A stretch of 62,179 nucleotides of DNA, counting the filler, from Choristocarpus tenellus KU-1152 (Eukaryota; Protista; Phaeophyceae): the NCBI GenBank assembly GCA_964200185.2. It is 9 parts of 9 records of this genome, joined end to end, with 100 filler letters (N's around TTAATTAATTAA, not from the genome) between each part and the next. Parts side by side here need not be neighbours in the genome. Positions count along the whole stretch, not along the records: positions 1 to 13,161 come from CAXNAD020001565.1; 8 more parts are not named here. One strand, 5' to 3'. Shown in pieces: positions 1-10,037 of the stretch (its first letter is position 1; each line of letters opens with the position of its first letter). The notes under the pieces are model-generated. The model was not told the DNA's origin, ran no database searches, and was given only the letters and a program-made list of their open reading frames with translations. The position numbers and the translations under genes are program-made.

Positions 1-298
1 GCATTATCAGGCAAAGATAAAAAACTGGGTAAGTTTCAGCAAGTATCATCATTAAATATGAAGGATGGAGAATAAAAAAAAGTATGGCTAACACATAATT
101 TTCATTATGAATGTTTTTATTGGATGTCTCGATTTTATCAAGTAATGCTTCTGCTTTTTTATTATTAGCAGTCATGGCTGCTTCAAAGCTTTTTGCAATC
201 ATTTTGAATTCATGAATATTTTCAGAAATTTGCTGCTGGCTTTTTTTAATATCTTTTTCTAAATTTTCAATATTATTTTTCTCTTTACTATCTGACAT
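1..298 (-). CDS. Bacterial-type hypothetical protein (coiled-coil-like N-terminus), runs off the window edge
   Basis: ATG at 298 (minus) preceded by Shine-Dalgarno-like TAAGGAG (304-310). Open frame MSDSKEKNNIENLEKDIKKSQQQISENIHEFKMIAKSFEAAMTANNKKAEALLDKIETSNKNIH... with no stop before position 1. Very AT-rich and intronless. Absent from the ORF track, presumably because no stop lies in the window. Confidence 0.55.
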   Translation of the reverse strand, partial: MSDSKEKNNIENLEKDIKKSQQQISENIHEFKMIAKSFEAAMTANNKKAEALLDKIETSNKNIHNENYVLAILFFILHPSYLMMILAETYPVFYLCLIM

Positions 299-522
299 TT
301 TGACTCCTTAGTAATTATTTAATATTTAGGCTCATTTCTGGCCAAAAATTTTAGTAAGAAATGAAAACATTGATTCCCGATAATGTTATTTTATTGTTTA
401 TATAAGATGTTGCATTTTACTAATTTTTCAAACAAATTGTAAATACCAATTGACTTTGCTTTACTGAGCTTTTAAAAACTTTAGACATAGTAAATAAATT
501 TAAAAGCAAAATTATGAAGAAA

Positions 523-786
523 TTAGCAGTATTTTTCTGCTCCTAGCTTTTCTCCGGGTTGTATTGTAATCTTAACATCATTTGAGCTAACTCTACTATA
601 GTGATCATAAGTTTGTTCTATATCACATAATGATAAGGCTTTATTGGGTTTTAAAGGAATAAAAGGTGGTATTAATTTGTTTTTATTGGCAATATCAACA
701 TCTTCAACATAACCATCTACTACTTCTAGTTGTAAATTGCTTGAGCTTATATCCTGTTCTGGTAAGATAACTCTTGTAGTAATATA
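523..786 (-). pseudogene. Fragment of a bacterial two-partner secretion outer-membrane transporter (TpsB; ShlB/FhaC/HecB family), POTRA-domain region
   Basis: Manual translation: YITTRVILPEQDISSSNLQLEVVDGYVEDVDIANKNKLIPPFIPLKPNKALSLCDIEQTYDHYSRVSSNDVKITIQPGEKLG. This matches the family pattern YITTRVxLPxQDLSSGxLxLxVxEG...LNLRDIEQ..D..NR..SN....I.PG...G. No start codon, the beta-barrel is missing, and there is a stop at 523-525. Confidence 0.8.
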
Positions 787-799
787 TTGCTACTCTGAC

Positions 800-3700
800 T
801 CCCAGGAACATTTTCGTGGTACATGGATGTTCTGTGCAAGACAATTTAGATTAGATCAATCCCATGGGTTACATACAGGGAGGGCAATTGAGGGTACTCA
901 AAGAAGCAACTAACTCCATTTAAAGGTTTCGAAATTTCAAGATACAAGTCTGGAGCCCTTAGAGTACAAGTAATAGCACAAAATAATCTAGCCTTTTCTC
1001 TTGTTGAGTAGGGGCAATCCTTCATCTCACCATTTGTGGGGTGTGAATGAGTAAAGTTGAAGGTAGCTGACCGTTTGGGGGCTGGCTGACTGGAAAGTCG
1101 AGCAATGGCCTGGGATGGGTCGGAGGTGGAGTTCAGAATGGGGGTTAGGTGTATTTGGTGTTTGTGTAAGAATGCTATTTTTCATGGACAGACTAAGGCA
1201 GGTCAGGTGTTTGTTCTGTATGGCGTCTGAAGCAGCTGAGTTATAGCACAATTCCAAACCGCTCATTGCCACATTTCCTGTCAGTGAAATAAATCTGTGT
1301 ATGATGATCCAATGTCCATATGGAAAGCAGTGCAGATGGTACACCTATTCTATCCTGTTCGTCACAATACCACAGAAATGCGAGAAACCCGAAATGAGTT
1401 GACAAGGTTATATTGCGGAGCAATGTCAAGGTAGGTAGTTTGGAAGGTTTAAGAACGTTGAGTGACATGTGGTGGTATGGCTCACCATGTTGGCCCTTAC
1501 AGCTAAACAGTATCTCCAACCTAGATTGTGGTCTCAATATGCAATAAGCAAGGCTTGGACCTATACTTGCACTTAGGGATTATTATGCAAGAGTAGAATA
1601 TAGTTGGGTAATATGAGAGGCAATACATTGTGAACTGCCCCTGACCACACGGGTCAGGGTAGTCCCCTGGTCATAGTGAAGATTGTAATGATAAAAATAA
1701 CAGTTCTCAGAAATTATGAAAATCATATTGGGACCCTCTAATGATAGCTGTTTAAGTGTTAATCAAGCAGTATTGAATACAGCAAGGATTTTGAGCCAGT
1801 GCATGGTGGAATTTTAGAGGTTTTGTGCCTTTGAGCTTTATTGATTGAATTCTAGACCCAGTGATAGTTCGGTGGATTGATTGCATGGCAAGGTAACTTT
1901 AATAGCTTGGCCAAAAGAGTGACGCTACAAACCTGTTTAACCAAAGCAGCTACGATGAAATCTTCCTTGAGAGCTCAGCAACGGTCCATCCAGGTAAAAT
2001 GTTTGCTCCTCTACTTGATCAAGGTCACTAATTGAGTAGAGGTAGGTTGGGTATTGTCTTGTGTAGGACAGTTGCTAGACCAAAAAATAGAGTTGTGAAT
2101 TGGTGCCAGTTGATGGCCTCATTCAATGAATCTCAAAGATCTTTTTGGAGAACATTTTCAGATTGATTACTCAGTTATTCAACGTGCTATATGTGCACAC
2201 ACACACCACTGACATCATATTTTGTATTGCATGGGGTGTGCATAATATAGGTCTTGCTTTTTTGCCTGTGATTCCCCTAGGGACCTTATTTTGTTTTGGC
2301 TGACTTTGCTTTCACACACAGCAATGTAGAATAACCCAGACAATTGATGGTGGCTAACTGAGCTGAACCGGTGATGATTTTTATTTGCAAATGCTCTCAG
2401 TTTGTGACTCTGACAAATATCCATTCTCCTTTGGTAAGCGGTCAGCAGCAGCCTTGTGCACTTGCATTTTTCCCTGCTTGTCTCTTCTGGAGCAGAAAGT
2501 ATTGAGTTTACCATCTCTTTGTCATTTCTTTGGCATGGACTATTTTTTTAAGGCCTATAACCTAAGCACAAACATTTTGCCAAGCTCATGTTCCCTTTCT
2601 TTGCTAAACTCAGTGAAGCCATGCCATCTTTTGTTAGTCTCATCAACAACAACATTTAGAATTAATGACCCTGACAATCATTATCTTACCAATTCTGATA
2701 TGGATACGAAGATGGAGGACTGATGGTTTGTTGTCTATTGCGACGAATGAGAGCAAAGGTCTTAAAATGACCATAACTGCATCTATATAGCAGTATCCTG
2801 GACAAGCTGATGATGGAGAATTAAACCTAGTCATTTCTATTCCAACAAAAACAAGAAAATATGAGAGCACAACTAGACAAGACTGCGACTTAGGTTATTG
2901 GTGACCTTGCTGATATAACCTGGGAAAGTATCTACTGCACCTCCTTACGAAGTCCTTCCAATTGTCTTGAATATATATGGTAAGACCCTTGCTGGAAAAT
3001 AAAAATAAAAATAAAGATAAAGTTAGAACATCCAGACCAAGTCTAAGTCATCCTCTCACTCACGGACCTGCACCCCTACCTCCAAAATTAGACCCAAACA
3101 TATGAAAAATGGATTCTTCCAGCCAAAAGAGATCATAGCTCTCAAACAAGAAGAGAATGGAAAGGGTAGCCATGATTCAATCTCCAACTAGTTGTGTTTT
3201 GTCCACAGACGCGATTGGATAGGCAGAAAGCATAGAAGAATTGCCAAGACTTGATCATTCTACAGGATCCCCCAACAGACATGTACTATTGCCAGGACTA
3301 TGTTGTAAGGGCAAAAAATACGACCTTGAGAAAATTGAAAAAAAGTTAATCAATTCTTATATTTATATATTTTACTATTCTTGCATCAACACTGCCCTTT
3401 TACCAATTTTGATAATCAGATCCTCAAAACAGGTTCCCGTGCGATTGATCCTGTTCCTCAACTGTTCTCTCACACCAAAAGCCTTTTCGATCTTAGCCTT
3501 AAATGTGTCGTACCACCTTTCATCAACCTTTTGATAGTAACACCATTTTCTATCACTTTTGATCTATTATTAAAGGTAAAGGTCCAGCTTGATATGAAAC
3601 GTGATCATGTACCTGGTTTGTATCCTTTTTTGGAGTGGATGGGGTGAGGAATTTCGATTCATCAATAGGGAAGATGTATCTCCTTGTTCAGGACTTTCTA

Positions 3701-4700
3701 GTATATTTTGATGTCCAGTCTATATGCTTGTAAGTCATCATTGGCCTTTGTGGTGTACCAGTTTTTCTAATGCAATGTGTAGGGGGGAGGTTTCAAACGC
3801 ATATGCCAGCCAGGTTGTGATGTGCAAATATCAGAAAGTGACTCTTTTTCTCCCTGTAACTTTTCTCTGTGGACACTGAACGTCATCCAGATACCTGGTA
3901 AAAAGGCAAGAATCTTTAACTTGGAAGATTTCTTCTTCCTATTCCACATGAGCAATTTTGGTCTTGTCTGGTGCAGATAGGTTGTCGATGGACTGGCCTT
4001 TGATTACTTTCAGTGTTTTCCATCAAACTCTAGACAGCTGTTTAAAAAGCACATTGTAGAAGAGATGGGAAATGTGGAGTTACCAAAAAGCGCTTGATAC
4101 TGTTATTCCACAATTGGCATCACTCCGAACTTGGTAGTTTAGGGAGGATTTCAGACTCATCAAATCTGCTGGCAGCAACATGTAGGATTTCTTAGATGCA
4201 ATTGCAATCTCTACAGCTTTTTTACAAGTTGAGTGCCATCTATTAGAACTGTGGGGATTGTCTCCATGATATGCATGCATGCTAACTTAAACAAATCAAA
4301 AGGATCAAATGTGCAGTGCCTTACATAGTTATTCATGTTTCCTTGACTTAGTGGTGTCACTTTATTGTAGGACCTCATTATAACAGGTTTATAAATCACG
4401 TGTGTGGTCCCAAAGAATTACATACACGAAGATGGGGAGGACTTCAGGAAAGTGTTAAGATATAGGCTACTCACTTGTTTTTCTTGACACGATACAGGGC
4501 CACCAATCCATGCTGACTGTTTGTTGATTGGTCCGCTGTACTGGTCGTTACTTTCAATTGCACCACGAGCTCATCATCACAACACCAGAAACTATCTTCA
4601 GAACGCACATACGAAGCATAAGAACAGTTGTTACAAGTTATACACACAGGCATAATAAGTGCCGTTTGAGATACGTCCGACATTGATTTAAGTTTTGTTG
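800..4700 (-). mobile_element. Heavily degenerate non-LTR retrotransposon (APE-RT LINE) relic
   Basis: Decayed motifs in LINE order on the minus strand: endonuclease-like TRFNSPSSACPGYCYIDAVMV (~2770-2830), RT-like FTMTRGLP* (~1655-1680) and LIAY*DH for YADD (~1528-1548). Many stops; boundaries approximate. Confidence 0.5.
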
Positions 4701-4982
4701 TGTTTCTTTGTTTTGTGATTTTTCCTTCTCAACAGCAGAATATACAGTTGTATGTCATTGTTTAATATTTTTTCTTGTTTGGCATTGCCCCCTTATAACA
4801 CACCAAGCTTCACTCTGCGTTAAGTGTACCGGATGCACAGCTGGATGTCATAAAATATATTCAGAGTAAAAACATCCACAGAAACCCTTGTCCACCAAGG
4901 TAACAAGCGTTTTCTTAGAGCATGCATTTAAAGAACATCGAATACACATCATCCATCTTCTGACTGACCAAGCAATGACTTC

Positions 4983-5354
4983 TGTGTAAAAATGAGCTGT
5001 TCGAATAGAATTATTGCTTTACGTGGTATGGATGAATTTATTAGCGGAGCAACATCCCTCGAGGTGCGTGGTGCTCTGCCTCGTTATCTAATGCGCACGT
5101 CAGCAGACAAGTCAGAACGTGTCTGTGTCAGTCGCACTACGTCATTCGTTCTGCGTCTCTAGTACTACGTCAGTCGTCTTGCGTCAGCCACCTTCATTAA
5201 GCAATAAGAAATCAATCCGTCAAGATTCGGACCTGTTACTCTGGGCATACGGAAACGAGTGATTGGCATTAATCCACTCATTCAACATTTTTATCACATG
5301 ATACTGGGTACCAAACACATAACAAACCTATTGACTACCGGTCTATATTGCACA
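4983..5354 (-). repeat. LTR of Ty1/copia element A (3' LTR)
   Basis: TGTGTAAA...TTGCACA termini, directly abutting a polypurine tract (ctcccccat at 5355, = ATGGGGGAG on minus). Homologous to 8683-9059, 7893-8296 (inverted) and 55288-55544. Confidence 0.85.
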
Positions 5355-8300
5355 CTCCCCCATGAGCGTGCAGCAAAGTTGCTGATAAAAGCTCACCCCC
5401 GATGTGAAAGCACGGAATGCACAAAATCAGAAGTAAGCCTCTTACGCAAAGACTTGGTCAAAATGTCGCCCAGTTGTTTTGATGTTGGAACGTATTCTAC
5501 TTGGAATAAATAGACCCTGGTCCACGTATTCTCTGGTGTACTTCAGCTTCATGTCCACGTGGTTCGTTCTCCCGTTGAAACCTGCGATGCTGCCCGCCTG
5601 TATAACACCACGGTTGTCACAGAACCAGGGAGTCTGGTCCTCTAGTACGCCGATCTCCTCAAGAATGCCTTGAAGGAAAATGCAGTGGCGCATGCCGTAT
5701 GCCATTGCCGTCCACTCTCCCTCCGAGCTGGAGAGGGTGACGGTGCCTTGAAGCTTGGAGGGCCAGGCGATCGGTAATCCTTTAAACAATAGTGTAGGTA
5801 ACCTGTTATACTCCTGCGTGTTTGGGAGTCTGTGCCCCAGTTGGGATCCCCATACACCAAGAGCTCTCCGTCCCCTTCGTTCATATCTTTTCTCCCCTGT
5901 CCATAATGAATGCAGACTTCCAGTGTCCTAGCTACGTAGCACAGAACTTTTTGCAGTCCGCACCAGTGCCGCATGCATGGAGAGGCCGTCCTACGTCCCA
6001 GTTCGTGAACACTGTTGACCAGGTCTGGACGAGTCATGCCTGCTAGAAACATGAGTTGACCGAGGATTCAGGTGTAGAGGGAGATGATGGGATTCAGTTC
6101 CTCTTCGCTGTTGTGCCTGGCAGAGAGGTCCATGCCGGGGTCGAGCAGTGTGGATGTTTCCCACACTTCCGTAGAGCCCATTCCCGCCATGACAATACTT
6201 TCCGCATATGGCTGTTGGTCCAGGGTGATGCCGTTCGCACCCACAGTGATGCCCATCCCAATAAGCTTGTCGTCCGGCGTGCTAAGGTTCCGTCCCTAGT
6301 ATTTATTTCTCCAGCAGTGATATATCCTCATCCTCTGAATCTCCTCTGTGAAGTCCCCAGTGGTGGCAGTATCGTCCACGTAGGTAGTGAGGGTGGTGAT
6401 GCGTCCGTCGTCACTCTTCCTGAAGTAGAGGCACTCGTCGTGTTGGCTGCTCGTCCACCCTTTTGCTAGAATGGTGCCGCGTCGCTTGTGATACCATTCC
6501 ATGACTGACTGCTTCAGTCCATAGATTGCCTTCTCTGCCTTGACAGTGTGGCCGTCCGGAAGGTCCAGCCAGACGTCCTCCTTCTGGTCTGCGTTGAGTT
6601 AGGCCTGCGTGAAGTCCAGGGCTCGATGCTCCAACCCAACCTCTGTACGCTGCGACGGATATGACACACCGTAGTGTGTCGTACGTACCCTACACCACCG
6701 GGCTGAAGGTTTCGAAGAAGTCTACACCTGCATTTTGTGTGAACCCGCGGGCCACGAGTCACGCCATATGGTGTTCCACCGTCCCGTCCCATCCGTGGAG
6801 CGCTTGATTTTGAAGACGAATCGCGTCTTGATTGCCTTCCTCCCTTGGGGCAGGGCCTTGTCACCGAACGTCCCCTTCTGTCATAGCCCTGTCATTTATT
6901 TCCTTTTCCATGGCCTCCTGCCACTGCTCTGCATCCGGCCCACACAAGGCCTCCTTTGTTGTAGACGGCTCGTCTGCACCTGTTGCCACCTCCCCCATGA
7001 GACCTATAAGGCAGTACACGTCGTTGTTGTTCTGCTGTATGAGGGGTGACATGAAGTGGTTCATGTCCGTTTCCTCACTCACTTCCAGGTCGTACAGCTG
7101 GTATATGTAGTCTAACCGCTGGTGTTGCTCCAGCCTGGAAGATGCCCGCTGTCCAGAGTGTGGGGCCAGGCGCTTGGCCGCTATCTACGCTGCCTTATCC
7201 ATGCGCTGGCCTTGTCCAATCCTTGGAGAAATCTGTTGACTTTGGTGGGGTGCTTTGCATCTTGAGCCCGACGACCAATGTTTCCGCCCGCATTCCCATT
7301 CGTGTGTGCCTCGCTCCCTTTTGTGGAAGTCTCCTCTTCGCCTTCGCCTTCGCCATCAATTTCATGTCGTCGTTGTGCTCTGACACCCCCAGTATGTCCA
7401 CCTCTGACTCCCCCACCAGTTCCAGCGGTTTGTCTTCAGGTTGGAACTTTATTTGTGCGGAGGTCACCAGCTTACCTTTCTGCAGGATCCACACGTGGCA
7501 GCACAGTGACGCCCTGCTGTACCCAACGAGGATTCCTCACTTCGCATACGGGTGGAACTTGGGGTTGGTGCCGCACTGTTGCTTGGTCTGATGCACAAAG
7601 CCCTCCGTCCCGAACGCACGGAGCCACTTGTAGTTGAATGGCTTGCTGATCAGGCACTCGCATGGTGTCTTGTCACCCAGGTACTCATGTGGCATGCCTG
7701 TGGGCTTGTATATGCCGTCGGCTACCGCGAAGAATGAGAACTGCTCCCCCAGTCCAGCCTGGATCAGCTGGCAGCATGCCACTTGTATTACCTGCTTAAT
7801 TGCCCGCTCAGCAATCCCTTTGCTGTAGGGCATGCCTGGGGGGGTCTTGCGACATTTCGTGCTCTATTCTATCAGCATGCATTGGAACCTTAAGTGTAAT
7901 AAAGGCTGACAGTCAATAGGCATCTATTGTGTCTGATAACAAGCACTGTATAACATAGATGTTGCCTGAGTGGATTAGTTTTCAATCACTTGTTTCTGTA
8001 TGCTTACAGTAATAGGTTCGAATCTCGATGGGTTGATTTCTTATTGCTCAATGTACGTGACTGACGATGGATGACTGAAGTAGCTACGACTGACGTAGAA
8101 CGACTGACGTAGTATTAGTGACGCAGAACGAGTGACGTAGTTTGACTGACACACGTTCTGACATGTCTGCTGACGTGCGCAATCGACAACGAGGCAGAGC
8201 ACTCCCCACACGTCGAGGTATGGTGCTCACTCTGCCAATAAATTCACTCATACCACATAAAGCAATTAACTCTGTTCGAACAGCTCTTTTTGCATACCTT

Positions 8301-8682
8301 AAGCTCCTCCCGAACTCGCCAGGGCCATCCCCACTGATACACCTCACCACCACCCCTTTTCAAGCCATGCGGCCGTGGCCACGGTAGCGGCGTCCTTAGT
8401 ACGCAGACCCATCACGAGCTTCACCCGGTTGGCCTTGTCCACGAATACCTGGAACTACATCATGCCCGTCACGTCCAGGTCGAAGGGTCCCTCCAGGTCT
8501 GCTTGCACTACCTCCCTCATCGTCTTGGTCCTGCGGTCGCCCCGTGCGTAACCGAGTGCTTCAGATTTGCACTCATTGCATACCTGGCATGAAGAGGAGA
8601 AGATGATGGCGTCTTTGAGTTCGTCGTAGGTGACGTCTGGAGCTGTTGGAGAGCTGTGCAAACACCTGTGGCATGCTGTCCC
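5355..8682 (-). mobile_element. Ty1/copia retrotransposon A internal region (integrase-RT-RNase H), frameshifted
   Basis: Integrase (SKGIAERAIKQV; VVQADLEGPF), RT (WQEAMEKE; DECLYFRK..LTTYVDD; FLAGMTRPDL) and RNase H (GDPNWGTDSQTRRSITGY; LSSSEGEW; WFCDNRG; HVDMKLKY) in copia order, split over many short ORFs. Confidence 0.9.
7893..8296 (+). mobile_element. Solo LTR (same family as 4983-5354) inserted in opposite orientation into the integrase of copia A
   Basis: Reverse complement of the A/B LTR, flanked by a 5-bp duplication CCTTA (7888-7892 and 8297-8301). The uninterrupted target (ggaaccttacgctcctcccgaac) is visible in the paralogous integrase near 11713. Confidence 0.85.
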
Positions 8683-10037
8683 TGTGCAAAAAAAAGAGCT
8701 GTTCGAATAGAGTTTTTGCGTATGTGGTATGGATGAATTTATTAGCGGAGTGAGAGCACCATCCCTCGAGGTGCGTGGTGCTCTGCCTCATTATCTATTG
8801 CGCACGTCAGCAGACAAGTCAGAACGTGTCTGTGTCGGTCGCACTACGTCATTCGTTCTGCGTCCATCGTAGTTGACTGAGTCGTTGTCCTGCGTCAGCT
8901 ACCTATATTAAGAAGAAATAAAAACTCAACCCATTGAGACTCCAACCTCTTAGTACGGAAACGAGTCATTGACACGTACTCCACTCAGTCAACATTTCTG
9001 GTACATAGTACTGGGTACCAAACACATAACAAACCTATTGACTACTATTGCACAGCACACTCCCCCATGAGCGTGCAGCAAAGTTGCTGATAAAAGCTCA
9101 CTCCCGAAGTAAAAGCACGGAATGCACAAAATCAGAAGTAAGCCTCTTGCGCGAAGACTTGGTCAAAATGTCGCCCAGTTGTTTTGATGTTGGAACGTAT
9201 TCTACTTGGAATAAATAGACTCTGGTCCACGTATTTCTCTGATGTACTTCAGCTTCATGTCCACTTGGTTCGTTCTCCCGTTGAAACCTGCGATGCTGCC
9301 CGCCTGTATAACACCACGGTTGTCACAGAACCAGGGAGTCTGGTCCTCTAGTACGCCGATCTCCCCCAGAATGCCTTGAAGGAAAATGCAGTGGCTCATG
9401 CCGTATGCCATTGCCGTCCACTCTCTCTGCCTCCGAGCTGGAGAGGGTGACGGTGCCTTGAAGCTTGGAGGGGCCAGGCGATCGGCGATCCGTTGAACAA
9501 TAGTAGGTAACCTGTTACACTCCTGCGTGTTTGGGAGTCTGTGCCCCAGTCGGAATCCCCATACCCCACCAAGAGCTCTCCGTTCTCTCCGTTCATATCT
9601 TTACTCCCCTGACCATAGCGAGTTCAGACGTCTAGTGTCCTAGCTACGTAGCGCAAAACGTTTTGCAGTCCGCGCCAGTGCCGCATGCATGGAGAGGCCG
9701 CCCTGCGCCCTAGTTCACGAATGCTATTGACCAGGTCCGGTCGAGTCATGCCTGCTAAAAACATGAGTTGGCCGAGGATGCTGGCATAGGGGTAGATGTT
9801 GGGATTCAGTTCCTCCTTGTGATCGTGCTCGGCAGAGAGGTTCATCCCGAGGTTCAGTGGTGTGGATGTTTCCCGCACTTCCGTGGAGCCCATTCTCGCC
9901 ACCACAATGTTTTCTGGGTATAGATGTTGGTCCAGGGTGATGCTGTACACACCAGAGTGATGTCCACCCCAATAAGCTTGTTCGGCTTATCCCGCGTGCC
10001 TAGGTCCCGCCACTCGTACTTCTCCAGCAGCGATGCC
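8683..10037 (-). mobile_element. Ty1/copia element B: 3' LTR (8683-9059), PPT, RNase H and partial RT
   Basis: LTR starts TGTGCAAA, with a PPT at 9060. 9060-9940 is a close paralogue of 5355-6230 (LVGYGDSDWGTDSQTRRSVTGY; YPYASILGQLMFLAGMTRPDL). Truncated at 10037 by another LTR. Confidence 0.88.

Noticed and set aside
1-298. Phage major capsid or prohead protease assignment for the SD-led ORF
   Set aside because: There is only a generic coiled-coil resemblance. No capsid or protease motif is visible in or upstream of the ORF.
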